Source of the DNA: an uncultured Candidatus Sumerlaeota bacterium
GTDB taxonomy: Bacteria > Bacillota > SLNR01
Reading direction: 5' to 3'
NCBI GenBank assembly: GCA_964503545.1
Contig: CAZDAI010000001.1
Location: 1 to 55,307, forward strand
Length of the DNA: 55,307 nucleotides
The notes beneath the pieces were generated by a model. It searched no databases. It was not told the DNA's origin and was given only the letters and a program-made list of their open reading frames with translations. The translations under genes were made by a program, and so were the position numbers. Of this stretch, positions 16,576 through 26,833 are shown piece after piece (position 1 is the stretch's first letter; each line of letters begins with the position of its first letter).

Positions 16576-17793
16576 TTAATCACCAGTGTCCTGATCGATC
16601 GCCACAATGGCATGAAGAAGCACATCAGCACCATGCCCCACATCCTGCCAGTCTGTCCATTCATCAGGAGAATGACTGATGCCACCTTTGCTGGGCACAA
16701 ATATCATGGATGTTGGGGTCAGATAAGACATAGCCACCGCATCATGTCCGGCGGCGCTGGGCATGACATGAAAATCGACCCCCACTTTTTTGCATGCTTC
16801 CTTGATCTTCTGCTGAATTCCCGGATGTAGACGAACAGGTTCCTTTTCAACAATTTTTTTGAAAGTGATGCCACCCAGATTATCAGCAAAATGGCGCAAG
16901 CGTTCATAAACCAGAATCGGATCCCAGGCATTGATATCGCGGAATTCCACATTCAGTTTTACTTCACCCGGTATAACATTGATGGCATTCGGTTTTACCT
17001 GTACGGAACCCACTGTGCCAACCATATCGGCACTTTCCTCCATAACAAATTGCTGAACAGCCAGTATGATCCGGGCCGCTTTAACGAGTGCATCATCACG
17101 CTTATCCATGGGTGTTGATCCTGAGTGATTGGCTTCCCCCAGTACAGTCACCTCATAGCGGTAAATCCCTACGATCCCGTATACAATGCCGATTGGCGCT
17201 TTCCTCTCTTCCAGAAGACCTCCCTGTTCAATATGCATTTCCAAAAAAGCCTTCAATGTCCTCGGATGGCGCTTTGCCGTCTCCAGATTCTCCAGTGTTA
17301 AGCCGAAGGCATGCAGATTGCCCTCCATGATCAGTTTTTGCTGTTCTGTCAGCACATCCAATTGGACCTGCCCAGCCATTGCTCTGCTGCCAAAAGTTCC
17401 GCCCAATGCGCTGCCTTCTTCCGCAGAGAAAGCAATTATCTCCATTGGATGCCTCAATCGAACGCCCTTCTCCTGCATTGTCTGCAGGCATTCAATACCG
17501 CTGAGCACACCAATATTGCCATCGAACAATCCTCCATTGGGGACTGTATCGATGTGGGATCCTACCACAATTGAGGGCAGTCCTTCTTCTGAGCCGGGAT
17601 AATAGCCGATCAGATTGCCTGCCGGATCCACTCTGACGCGGCAACCCAGGCTTCTCATCAGATCCCCGACAAAGCGTCTCCCTTCAATATCTTCTTTTGT
17701 AAACGCACGCCTCGTAACCCCTCCATCTGGAGCCTTGCCGATCTCTCCCAGATCCAGAATCATCTTCTTGAGTCGCTCTCGATTGATTCTCAC
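16576..17793 (-). CDS. M20-family N-carbamoyl-amino-acid amidohydrolase / allantoate amidohydrolase-like
   Basis: 405 aa with GSHIDTVPNGGLFDGNIGVLSGIE and the C-terminal ..PSAAGHDA.. motif. Confidence 0.88.
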   Translation of the reverse strand: MRINRERLKKMILDLGEIGKAPDGGVTRRAFTKEDIEGRRFVGDLMRSLGCRVRVDPAGNLIGYYPGSEEGLPSIVVGSHIDTVPNGGLFDGNIGVLSGIECLQTMQEKGVRLRHPMEIIAFSAEEGSALGGTFGSRAMAGQVQLDVLTEQQKLIMEGNLHAFGLTLENLETAKRHPRTLKAFLEMHIEQGGLLEERKAPIGIVYGIVGIYRYEVTVLGEANHSGSTPMDKRDDALVKAARIILAVQQFVMEESADMVGTVGSVQVKPNAINVIPGEVKLNVEFRDINAWDPILVYERLRHFADNLGGITFKKIVEKEPVRLHPGIQQKIKEACKKVGVDFHVMPSAAGHDAVAMSYLTPTSMIFVPSKGGISHSPDEWTDWQDVGHGADVLLHAIVAIDQDTGD

Positions 17794-17818
17794 AGTAACA
17801 CCTGCCTTTGTTCACGGA

Positions 17819-18607
17819 TCAGTGATCATGGGATCCTTTGACTTCTTTATTTCGCTTGTACAAGATCAAAAGTCCTTCCAAGGTCAAGAAAGGATCCACC
17901 CGCTGGATGGTGTCTGCTTCTGATCCGATCAGTTCCGATAAGCCTCCTGTTGCAATCACTTGCGCTTTTTCACCCATTTCCTCCTGAATCCGTTTCACCA
18001 TTCGGTCCACAAGTCCTGCATAGCCGAATATGATCCCTGACTGCATACTGGAGACAGTATTTCGGCCGATTACTGTTTTAGGCTTTACCAGTTCAATTCT
18101 GGGCAGTTTTGCTGCCCGTTGAAACAAAGCTTCCATAGAGATCCCAATTCCCGGGACGATGGCACCACCTAGATAATCCCCCTGCCTGTTTATGGCGCAG
18201 AAAGTTGTTGCTGTGCCGAAGTCTACCACGATAATGGGTCCGCCATATTTTTCGAAAGCAGCCACAGCATTAACAATTCTGTCCGCTCCTACTTCCTTTG
18301 GATTATCATATAGGATTTTAATTCCCGTTCTGATCCCTGGGCCTACCACAACCGGCTCAATGTGGAAATATTGGCGTGTCATTTTTTCTAAGCTGTCAAT
18401 AAGCGGCGGTACAACCGAAGAGAGTATCACCGCATCAATTTCTCCGGGATCAATCTGGTGATAAGAAAAAAGGTTTTGGATCGTCATGCCATACTCATCG
18501 GCTGTTGCCTGCCTGTTTGTCGAAAGTCGCCAATGTGCAATCAGCTGATCTTCTTTGTATACCCCAAGGACTATGTTTGTGTTCCCAACATCCATTACAA
18601 ATATCAT
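17819..18607 (-). CDS. coaX: type III pantothenate kinase
   Basis: 262 aa with [11 protein letters not shown] and ..VVDFGTATT.. ASKHA motifs. Confidence 0.93.
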   Translation of the reverse strand: MIFVMDVGNTNIVLGVYKEDQLIAHWRLSTNRQATADEYGMTIQNLFSYHQIDPGEIDAVILSSVVPPLIDSLEKMTRQYFHIEPVVVGPGIRTGIKILYDNPKEVGADRIVNAVAAFEKYGGPIIVVDFGTATTFCAINRQGDYLGGAIVPGIGISMEALFQRAAKLPRIELVKPKTVIGRNTVSSMQSGIIFGYAGLVDRMVKRIQEEMGEKAQVIATGGLSELIGSEADTIQRVDPFLTLEGLLILYKRNKEVKGSHDH

Positions 18608-18763
18608 GTCAGCACCTCACTGTGGAATAAATTAAAAACACAAAGAGATTCAGCCCCGGCTCAAACCCGAGTAGAATTCTTTGCTGTCAATTATCCTTCA
18701 TACACCTCCGTTCCAGTTCATTTCAGATACCGGACGTTTTTCACTGACTTGTTTTGGTCAGGA

Positions 18764-19756
18764 CTAAAGCGTCAGTTCCTGCCCCAGTTGATCCCGCCTA
18801 AATTCCCGTACTGATGCAATACTGCCAACGGACTCAGCTGCCAGGACTGCCCGCCGTATTGATTCTGCTACCACTTCTGCTGCTACGGCAGCGATGGCAT
18901 TTAAGTCTCCGCGTTCATTCCCCGTCGACAATGCAAATACAATATCCCCATCTGCCATGGTATGTACCGGATTAATGGCCTTGGCCATGCCATTGTGAGC
19001 TACTTGAGCAACTTTGTTGGCCTCCTCTTTCGACAGCAGAGCATTGGTAGCCACCACGGATAAAGTCGTATTTTCAGCAAACATAGCAGCTGGATCTTTG
19101 CCCTCTTTCATCATCTCTACTGCTGTCCTAATTCCATTCTTGCCTTTTTTTCTTGGTGCAGCCAGTACCTGCCCATTGCGCCAGTCATAAATATCCCCAA
19201 AAGCATTGACTGCTGTAATCGCACCCACAATAATGTTATTGCCGATTTTTTCGCTGTGAGTACCGATACCTCCTTTTAGAGAATGCTCCATACCGCAAAA
19301 TTTTGCAACTGTTGCCCCCGTGCCTGCCCCGCAGTTTCCTTCCTCAACATACTCTGCCGTTGCAGTCAGACATGCTCGATAACCCATCTTCTTATCCGGT
19401 CTTATATTAGCATCACCAACTGCCAGATCATATAACACTGCCGCTGGAACAATCGGTACACAAGCACAGCTCGTATCGAAACCGATGTGGTTTTCTTCCA
19501 GATATTCCATAACGCCGGAGGCTGCTTCCAGACCGAAAGCACTTCCGCCACATAATACGACAGCATGAACCCGCTGTACGAGATTCATTGGCCTGAGGAG
19601 ATCCGTTTCACGGGTGCCCGGTGCCGAACCGCGAACATCAACACCAGCCACTGCCCCTTCCTTTGGAACCAGCACGACAGTACAGCCTGTCAGACCAAGC
19701 AGATCTGTCTGCTGTCCGATGCGAATCCCTGGCACTTCTGTTATTCCTTTAGTCAC
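18764..19756 (-). CDS. peptidase S58 (DmpA/P1 aminopeptidase) family protein
   Basis: 330 aa with ..GLTGCTVVL.., ..GSAPGTRETDLL.. and a self-processing-type ..NTTLSVVATNA.. region. Confidence 0.85.
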   Translation of the reverse strand: MTKGITEVPGIRIGQQTDLLGLTGCTVVLVPKEGAVAGVDVRGSAPGTRETDLLRPMNLVQRVHAVVLCGGSAFGLEAASGVMEYLEENHIGFDTSCACVPIVPAAVLYDLAVGDANIRPDKKMGYRACLTATAEYVEEGNCGAGTGATVAKFCGMEHSLKGGIGTHSEKIGNNIIVGAITAVNAFGDIYDWRNGQVLAAPRKKGKNGIRTAVEMMKEGKDPAAMFAENTTLSVVATNALLSKEEANKVAQVAHNGMAKAINPVHTMADGDIVFALSTGNERGDLNAIAAVAAEVVAESIRRAVLAAESVGSIASVREFRRDQLGQELTL

Positions 19757-20654
19757 CTGTGCACCCCCTATTCACATGTCGGAGTGAAATATCCCCCATA
19801 TAGATTGTTCGCTGTACTCCGAATTCATCCTGTACAATCAACCCACCATCTTGATTAAGAGCGCAGGCCGTTGCTCGAAATACTTCATTAGGTAAAACCA
19901 CATCCACGACCTGGCCTATGGTAGCTGAATATGCCAGCCAGTTATTTAAAACAATCTGGGGATCGCCTTGTATTAGTCGTTCAATTTCTCTTTCATTTTC
20001 TTCACACACAGCCTGAAGGACTTCCTGACGCTTAAAGAAAACACCCGTTATCTGAAAGACAGAAATTGCTTTGTTAGTCAGTTCAGCGGGCCATTCATGG
20101 GTCTGCAGGTGCATGTTGATGCCAACCCCTACCACCACGGCTTTGGGATGGCTATGCTCAAAGCGAGCTTCGGCCAGAATACCTGCTACCTTTCTTCCCT
20201 CAAAAATAATATCATTGGGCCATTTGATCCCTGGTCGGATACCGGTTGCTTTTTCCAGACCGCGGGCTGTACCTACTGCTGCTGCTAGTGTAATCAGGGG
20301 AATTTCTTTCGCTTCAATCTCCGGCCTGATGAGATATGAGAAAAGCAATCCTGAACCAGAAGGCGCAGACCAGGATCGTCCGGCTCGACCGCGCCCTGCG
20401 GACTGATAATCAGCTGTAACAACAGTCCCATGGGGTACACCTTGCTCCCCAAGTTTTTCAAGAATATCATTGGTCGAAGACACGGATCGCAAACAGCATA
20501 CTTTTTTACCCAACCATTGATTTTGAATCATCTGTATCAACAGCTTGGGATCGATGGGATCCGTTTCTGAAGACAAAGAAGATCCGCACGGATCAGCAGT
20601 CTCGTTGAAATAACCGCATCTGTGCAGATCGTTCATAATTACATTAATCTCCAT
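19749..20654 (-). CDS. birA: biotin--[acetyl-CoA-carboxylase] ligase
   Basis: GRGRAGRSW signature. The roughly 40-aa N-terminus is not a recognisable wHTH, so the start is uncertain. Confidence 0.88.
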   Translation of the reverse strand: MEINVIMNDLHRCGYFNETADPCGSSLSSETDPIDPKLLIQMIQNQWLGKKVCCLRSVSSTNDILEKLGEQGVPHGTVVTADYQSAGRGRAGRSWSAPSGSGLLFSYLIRPEIEAKEIPLITLAAAVGTARGLEKATGIRPGIKWPNDIIFEGRKVAGILAEARFEHSHPKAVVVGVGINMHLQTHEWPAELTNKAISVFQITGVFFKRQEVLQAVCEENEREIERLIQGDPQIVLNNWLAYSATIGQVVDVVLPNEVFRATACALNQDGGLIVQDEFGVQRTIYMGDISLRHVNRGCTGD

Positions 20655-20682
20655 TTGGGAATTCTCCTCATCCGTGATTCGG

Positions 20683-21573
20683 TTATTCGTTTTCTTCCTC
20701 TGGTACTTCGGAGGTTATAAGCTCTCCTGGCTTGATTTCACCGATCCGCAACTCCATTCCCAGAGGTACTGTGGAGTCTGTCAGACAACCCAATGATATG
20801 TAATCTACTCCTGTCTTCGCTACTTCCACAATTTTATCACTGCATACATATCCGGACGCTTCGATCAGAGCCTGACCATCAACCCGTTGCACAACCTGCT
20901 TGATCTGCTCTGGTGGCATATTGTCCAGCATCAGGATATCCACTTTTGCAGCCAATGCTTCTTCGACCTGTTCCATATGTGTAATTTCAATTTCGATTCT
21001 CATCGTATGGGGAATATTTTCCCGAGCAAGCACAACGGCCTGCTTAATCCCACCCGCTAATCGTATGTGATTGCCCTTTATCAACACCGCATCGTATAAT
21101 CCACTGCGGTGATTGAATCCTCCACCTAGCTTTACGGCATATTTTTCCAGCAGCCTCATTCCCGGGGTTGTTTTTCTCGTATCTGTCAGTTTTGCGTTGT
21201 AATACTTGATGGTGTCCGTAAAATGGTGAGTTCGTGTAGCAATCCCTGACAGGTGCTCAAGAAAATTCAGCGCTACTCGCTCACCAGTAAGAATCGATCC
21301 CGCCGGACCTTCCAGAGTAGCGACGGTCTGTCCTTTCTCAACCTTTTCCCCATCATTTACCAGGGTGCTGAAAATGATTCGTTTATCGATCATTTGGAAA
21401 ACCAATTTGGCAACATCATTACCTGCAACAACACCGTCATTTTCTGCATAGATTGCAGCAGTAGCAAAAGCATCTTCTGGAACGACAGAATCCGTGGTCA
21501 CATCGCCGCTCCCCACATCTTCATTGAGAGCCAAGCGAACCACTTCTTCGATCTGATAGGTGCGAAGTCTCAT
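20683..21573 (-). CDS. nadC: nicotinate-nucleotide pyrophosphorylase (carboxylating)
   Basis: QPRTase family. SD GAAAGGAG lies 8 nt upstream of the ATG at 21573 (MRLRTYQIEE..). Confidence 0.93.
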   Translation of the reverse strand: MRLRTYQIEEVVRLALNEDVGSGDVTTDSVVPEDAFATAAIYAENDGVVAGNDVAKLVFQMIDKRIIFSTLVNDGEKVEKGQTVATLEGPAGSILTGERVALNFLEHLSGIATRTHHFTDTIKYYNAKLTDTRKTTPGMRLLEKYAVKLGGGFNHRSGLYDAVLIKGNHIRLAGGIKQAVVLARENIPHTMRIEIEITHMEQVEEALAAKVDILMLDNMPPEQIKQVVQRVDGQALIEASGYVCSDKIVEVAKTGVDYISLGCLTDSTVPLGMELRIGEIKPGELITSEVPEEENE

Positions 21574-21634
21574 GAGCATAGCTCCTTTCCCAGGTTGCAA
21601 TTGGAAAGACTAACTTCATTCTATATGCTTCCCG

Positions 21635-22135
21635 TTAGTATGTCAAGAATATGTCCTTTCTGAGCGATACTTTGTCTTTGCCAGATAGATTCGCCAGACA
21701 ATCCGCCAATCGTGAGCCGTCAGGAAAAGAAAAATCAGAAACTAATTCTGCCAATGGGACCAGCACAAATGCCCGGTTCTTCATTTCAGCATGGGGGATG
21801 GTCAGGCTCTCCGTCTTCATTTCAATGTCGTCAAATAGAAGAATATCAATGTCAATGATCCGTGGGCCCCAGCGAACGGTCGCAATTCGACCCATATCCT
21901 TTTCGATATCCTTGACATAATCAAGCAGTTGCATGGCTGACAGGTTGGTGGTCCCCTGAATCACAGCATTGAGAAAGTCCGGCTGTTCTGTTATGCCCAA
22001 GGGGCTTGTTTCATAAACCGATGAAACCCCAATGACCGTAACCTGCCGATCACTTTTAAACCGCTCAATTACATTCTGGAGGTTATACTCACGATCGCCC
22101 AAATTTGATCCGATACTGAAAAAGACGTTAACCAT
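21635..22135 (-). CDS. folK: 2-amino-4-hydroxy-6-hydroxymethyldihydropteridine pyrophosphokinase
   Basis: MVNVFFSIGSNLGDR.. is an HPPK N-terminus, with ..RWGPRIIDIDILLF.. further on. Overlaps the folB stop by 8 nt. Confidence 0.92.
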   Translation of the reverse strand: MVNVFFSIGSNLGDREYNLQNVIERFKSDRQVTVIGVSSVYETSPLGITEQPDFLNAVIQGTTNLSAMQLLDYVKDIEKDMGRIATVRWGPRIIDIDILLFDDIEMKTESLTIPHAEMKNRAFVLVPLAELVSDFSFPDGSRLADCLANLSGKDKVSLRKDIFLTY

Positions 22136-22499
22136 TGGATCGCCCCCGGACAATCTCCACTCCTGCATAATCCAGGCACCCTTCGATGGGTGCTTCTGGC
22201 TTGCGAATTCTTACTCGAATGCTCTGTACTCGGTGAAATTTCGCTAGTACTTGTCGTGCAATCTCCTCGGCGACGGCTTCAATCAAATCTTTGGATTCTC
22301 CTGTAACGATTTCTTTAACAAGTTTGTAGACATGGCCATAATGCACAGTTTTATCCAGGTCATCAGAGCATCCCGCTTCTTCCAATGGGAGAAACATTTC
22401 CATATCAACAATGAAGCGCTGCCCAAGTTCTTTTTCTGCTGCCTTGACTCCGTGAAAACCATAAAATACCATCCCGTGCAGAATGATGTTATCCTCCAT
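22128..22499 (-). CDS. folB: dihydroneopterin aldolase
   Basis: 123 aa with ..FYGFHGV..EK.LGQ.F.VD... Confidence 0.92.
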   Translation of the reverse strand: MEDNIILHGMVFYGFHGVKAAEKELGQRFIVDMEMFLPLEEAGCSDDLDKTVHYGHVYKLVKEIVTGESKDLIEAVAEEIARQVLAKFHRVQSIRVRIRKPEAPIEGCLDYAGVEIVRGRSNG

Positions 22500-22501
22500 C
22501 G

Positions 22502-23695
22502 CTATGCCTCCTGTAAACGAACGATATGATCGCTCATTGCCGCAACACGCTTCATTTCACGGACATCGTGCACGCGGATGATATCAGCACCCTTTTCGAT
22601 GGCCAAAGATACAGTAGCTGCAGTTCCTTCCAGTCGGTCATCCACGGGGAGGTCCAAGGCTTTACCGATGAAAGACTTTCTAGAAGTACCTACCAACAGA
22701 GGGTAACCAAGCCCAGTCAGTTCCTTCATCCTTTTCATTACGATCAGATTATGCTCAGGCGTCTTACCAAAGCCAATCCCCGGATCCAAAATGAGTTGGG
22801 ATTCCCTTACCCCTGCCGCAAGTGCCGCATCCACCATGTGCCGCAAATCAGCAATAATCTCAGCCATGAGATCCTTGTATTCAGCTTTAACCCGATTATG
22901 CATAAGAATAATAGGGGCCCCTGTTTCAGCTGCCAGTTGCGCCATTGCTGTATTCCCCTCGGGGCCGGATACATCATTAATCCAAACAGCACCCATGGAC
23001 AGTGCTTTGCGAGCAATCACTGCTTTGGTAGTATCAATTGAAATCGGAATGTGTACTACTTTGAGAATCTTCTCCAACACCGGGAAAAGCCGCTCGGCTT
23101 CCTCAATTTCGGAAAGCTTACCATGTCCTGGCCGTAAAGATTCAGCACCAATATCAATGATATCGGCACCTTGCGCTGCCATCTCTTTTGCCCTCGCCAC
23201 AGCAGCTTCTACACTATTGAATTGGCCCCCGTCAGAAAAAGAGTCGGGCGTTACATTCAGAATACCCATGACATATGTTTTTTTACCCCATTCTAGCCGA
23301 TGTCCTCCGTAACTCAGTTCGCCCATCTGATTTCGTTCGTGCCTGTTTAACAGGTGCTCGATTTCTCTCCCAATGGCGGGCAGTTTGAATTGTTGGAGCT
23401 TCAGCTTTGCGATCAGTGCTTTGAATTGCTTCATTGTACCCATCAGCAACACTGAACTATACTTATCCGAAAGATCAACCGATCCTTTACTGACGGCTGC
23501 CTCACCGCCTTTGGACAGCATTTCCTGTTTGAGGATATTAGCACCGATTGCAGGCACATTGTCAAGCCGAATCAGATAGAATCTTGCTTTATCGGCCATC
23601 GCTCGAACGCCGGCTCCGCAAGCTCCAACAGCAGAAATTTCACGCATTGCTTCTTCAACCGAATCAACTGTGATAATTCGTGGATTGCTAATCAT
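22502..23695 (-). CDS. folP: dihydropteroate synthase with a roughly 125-aa N-terminal extension
   Basis: The pterin-binding domain begins at ..YVMGILNVTPDSFSDGG... It is preceded by an extra N-terminal domain. Confidence 0.93.
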   Translation of the reverse strand: MISNPRIITVDSVEEAMREISAVGACGAGVRAMADKARFYLIRLDNVPAIGANILKQEMLSKGGEAAVSKGSVDLSDKYSSVLLMGTMKQFKALIAKLKLQQFKLPAIGREIEHLLNRHERNQMGELSYGGHRLEWGKKTYVMGILNVTPDSFSDGGQFNSVEAAVARAKEMAAQGADIIDIGAESLRPGHGKLSEIEEAERLFPVLEKILKVVHIPISIDTTKAVIARKALSMGAVWINDVSGPEGNTAMAQLAAETGAPIILMHNRVKAEYKDLMAEIIADLRHMVDAALAAGVRESQLILDPGIGFGKTPEHNLIVMKRMKELTGLGYPLLVGTSRKSFIGKALDLPVDDRLEGTAATVSLAIEKGADIIRVHDVREMKRVAAMSDHIVRLQEA

Positions 23696-23708
23696 GCTCG
23701 ATTCCTCC

Positions 23709-24266
23709 TTACCCCCTGATTAGAGAAAACAGTTCTGCCCGGGCAGCCTCGTCTTGACGGTAAAGCCCACGCAGTGCTGAAGTTACTGTCATCGAGCCAG
23801 GCTTATTTACTCCTCGCATCGTCATGCACATATGTTCCGCTTCAATAACAACGGCTGCCCCATAGGGTTTCAGTTTTTCCATAATGAGATCTGCGACCGT
23901 ACTGGTTAGTCTTTCCTGCACCTGCGGCCTTCTGGCGACTGTTTCCACCACTCTGGCAATTTTACTTAAACCTGTGATCTTCCCATCCCGGGGGATGTAT
24001 GCCACATGGGCTTTGCCGATAAACGGAAGCAGATGATGCTCGCACATGGAATAGACCGGAATGTCCTTGACAAGAATCATCTCATCATATTTTTCCTGAA
24101 ACAAGATGGTCAGTTCTTCACGCGGATCACTTCGAATGCCTGAAAAAACTTCTGCATACATTCTAGCTACCCTGGCCGGTGTATCTCTTAATCCTTCGCG
24201 ATGCGGATCCTCACCAATCGCTTCCAAAATCATACTAACAGCAGCCTCAATTTTTGCCATGTCCAT
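23709..24266 (-). CDS. folE: GTP cyclohydrolase I
   Basis: ..[10 protein letters not shown].. and ..[12 protein letters not shown].. motifs. The start is set at MDMAKIE, and the ORF can extend to 24281. Confidence 0.95.
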   Translation of the reverse strand: MDMAKIEAAVSMILEAIGEDPHREGLRDTPARVARMYAEVFSGIRSDPREELTILFQEKYDEMILVKDIPVYSMCEHHLLPFIGKAHVAYIPRDGKITGLSKIARVVETVARRPQVQERLTSTVADLIMEKLKPYGAAVVIEAEHMCMTMRGVNKPGSMTVTSALRGLYRQDEAARAELFSLIRG

Positions 24267-24289
24267 TCTGATCCCACCCATCTTTTTAA

Positions 24290-24697
24290 CTAGCTTTCAA
24301 GCCTTTGTTTTCGCTGCGCTTTTCCCACAAACCTGCTTTCATCTACCAAAACCCTCTGATGCGTTCCGACACCAATCTGTTCACAATCATCGGCAGCTGC
24401 CAATGCAAATCGTAAGATTCTACCGTCAACAGCCACAAGTTCTGCACTGACAGTCACCGATAATCCCATGGGAGTGGGTGCCATATGCTTGAATTCTAAA
24501 TATGAGCCTACGGATGTTGTCCCCGCTGGCATGACATCTGCTATTGCTTTGCATGCAGCTTGTTCAAAAAGTGCTGCCAGGACTGGAGAAGCCAATACCT
24601 CAAGGGACCCGCTGCCCACAGCTCTGGCAGTATGTTCTGTATCAACCTGGCTTAAAATGATTTCCCCTTTTTGTCCCGGGAAAAAACCCTCACTCAT
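24290..24697 (-). CDS. hotdog-fold thioesterase (FlK-like family)
   Basis: 135 aa. Pattern ..[42 protein letters not shown].. Confidence 0.75.
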   Translation of the reverse strand: MSEGFFPGQKGEIILSQVDTEHTARAVGSGSLEVLASPVLAALFEQAACKAIADVMPAGTTSVGSYLEFKHMAPTPMGLSVTVSAELVAVDGRILRFALAAADDCEQIGVGTHQRVLVDESRFVGKAQRKQRLES

Positions 24698-24823
24698 TTA
24701 CATCGACCTCCTTTTCAAACTCATCAGGGAAGTGTTTCTCAGGAAGTATTCGCCCCAGGAACTGGACATGTCCTGCAGTGTGATCTGTCAACTTATCCTG
24801 TTGACAGGGATGAAAAACCGCTG

Positions 24824-24851
24824 ATAAAAAAAGCCGGTTATTCGCCGGCTT
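24824..24851 (-). terminator. rho-independent terminator of ftsH (the stop codon lies in the loop)
   Basis: Stem AAGCCGG/CCGGCTT (24831..24837 / 24845..24851), followed on the minus strand by TTTTTTAT. Confidence 0.65.
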
Positions 24852-26760
24852 CTTTTCCCATGCTGTTTCTTTCAAAATCGTCCTCAGCATCCGTGATCCT
24901 GTCTGCTTCAGAATCTGCTTCTTTGTCTGGTGAAGTCAATGGTTCGTCTGTCTCTAGATGCTCATTGTTCAGCAAAGCTTCCAGCTCTTTTCCTTCTATG
25001 GTTTCTTTCTCAAGCAACAGTTCAACGATCTGATGCATTTTATCTTCGTTATCAAGAATTACCTGCTTTGTTCGCTCGTAGCACTTGTCAATGATCGCTC
25101 TCATCTCTGCGTCGATGGCGGATGCAATCTCTTCACTGTAGTTTCTCTCGCGCACAATATCACGGCCGAGGAATACCTGGTCCTGCTTATGTCCTAAGGT
25201 AACCGGTCCCAGTTTATCGCTCATTCCGTATTCTGTGATCATGCGCCGTACAAGTTTTGTAGCCTGCTCCAAGTCGTTCTGAGCTCCTGTGCTAACATCA
25301 CCAAAGAATATCTTCTCAGATGCTCTGCCAGCCAGCAATACGGAGATCTTATCCAAAAGCTCATTCTTTGTAACAAGGTAACGGTCTTCAGTCGGCAGCT
25401 GCAGCACATAGCCAAGTGCAGATCCTCGCGGAATGATGGATACTTTATGCACCGGATCGGTTTTATCAACCATTCGTGCTACCAGTGCATGAGCCGCTTC
25501 GTGATATGCAATGGTTCTCTTTTCTTTTTCGCCTACCATTCGCGTTTTTCTCTCTGGTCCTGCCATCACGCGATCTATGGCCTCTTCCAATTCTTCCATG
25601 CCAATTTTCTTTTTACTTAATCGCGCTGCAAGAAGCGCTCCTTCGTTTACCAGATTTGCCAGATCCGCACCGGTAAAGCCAGGTGTTCTTCTCGCTAGAA
25701 CTTCCAGATTCACTGTTTCATTGACAGGTTTTCCCTTAATGTGTACTTTTAGAATCTCCAAACGCCCTGTAACATCGGGGCGATCAAGTACTATCTGCCG
25801 ATCAAATCGGCCTGGCCGCAGCAAAGCTGGATCCAGCACGTCCGGTCTGTTGGTAGCTGCTACAACGATAATCCCCTCATTCATGCCAAAGCCATCCATC
25901 TCAACCAGGAGCTGATTCAGTGTCTGCTCCCTTTCATCGTGACCACCGCCGTACCCCGCACCACGCTGCCTTCCCACAGCATCAATTTCATCAATGAAGA
26001 CGATGCAGGGTGCATTCTTCTTGGCCTGATCAAAAAGGTCACGGACACGGGATGCACCGACCCCAACAAACATTTCAACAAAATCAGATCCACTGATGCT
26101 GAAAAAAGGTACGCCTGCTTCACCGGCAATCGCTCTTGCCAAAAGCGTCTTTCCCGTCCCGGGCGGTCCAAACAGCAGTACTCCCTTTGGAATCAATGCG
26201 CCAATGTCGGTGTATTTCTTAGGGTGCTTCAGGAAATCTACAATTTCCTTAACTTCTTCCTTTGCTTCCTCAATACCGGCGACATCAGCAAAAGTAACAC
26301 GTTTTTTCTGCTCAACATGCAGCTTTGCTCGACTCTTACCAAATTGCATCACCCGATTGCCGCCACCTTGAGTTTGCTGCATGAAAAAGAACAGTACCCC
26401 GACGACAAGCAAAATCGGAAATATGGTAGTCAGCATGGAAATCCATATTGAAGGTGTTGGTGGTTTTTCGACATCTACAGCGACATTTCGATCACGTAGC
26501 TGCTGTGGCAGTGATGGATCTGCTATAACAACAGTCGTAAATATACGGCTATCTTTAAGTGTGCCGGTTATCGTGCTTGTACCGTCTGTATCGCTGATGA
26601 TCGTCACACTTTCAATTTGATCATTCTCCATATAGGATGCAAATTCAGAGTAATTGATCTGAATAACTTCCTGCCTCTGACCTTGAAAATAGGTGCTGAT
26701 CATGATTGGAATCAGAAACAACAAAGCATAGAACATGAGATTCCGTACGCCTCTGTTCAA
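24838..26760 (-). CDS. ftsH: ATP-dependent zinc metalloprotease FtsH
   Basis: Walker A GPPGTGKT, an AAA SRH region and the HEAAH zinc site. The TTG start at 26760 is preceded by AAAGGAGGG at 6 nt. The ORF track extends to 26796. Confidence 0.97.
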   Translation of the reverse strand: MNRGVRNLMFYALLFLIPIMISTYFQGQRQEVIQINYSEFASYMENDQIESVTIISDTDGTSTITGTLKDSRIFTTVVIADPSLPQQLRDRNVAVDVEKPPTPSIWISMLTTIFPILLVVGVLFFFMQQTQGGGNRVMQFGKSRAKLHVEQKKRVTFADVAGIEEAKEEVKEIVDFLKHPKKYTDIGALIPKGVLLFGPPGTGKTLLARAIAGEAGVPFFSISGSDFVEMFVGVGASRVRDLFDQAKKNAPCIVFIDEIDAVGRQRGAGYGGGHDEREQTLNQLLVEMDGFGMNEGIIVVAATNRPDVLDPALLRPGRFDRQIVLDRPDVTGRLEILKVHIKGKPVNETVNLEVLARRTPGFTGADLANLVNEGALLAARLSKKKIGMEELEEAIDRVMAGPERKTRMVGEKEKRTIAYHEAAHALVARMVDKTDPVHKVSIIPRGSALGYVLQLPTEDRYLVTKNELLDKISVLLAGRASEKIFFGDVSTGAQNDLEQATKLVRRMITEYGMSDKLGPVTLGHKQDQVFLGRDIVRERNYSEEIASAIDAEMRAIIDKCYERTKQVILDNEDKMHQIVELLLEKETIEGKELEALLNNEHLETDEPLTSPDKEADSEADRITDAEDDFERNSMGKEAGE

Positions 26761-26833
26761 AAACAACCCTCCTTTGACCCCGTTTAGTACTATCACAGAG
26801 CTTTATTTTATCACATCTGGCAGGAATGCACAA

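Noticed and set aside
24698-24837. THF riboswitch upstream of the folate operon
   Set aside because: I could not find the conserved THF-I core sequences by eye. Only short DNA palindromes are present. An Infernal scan is needed to be certain.
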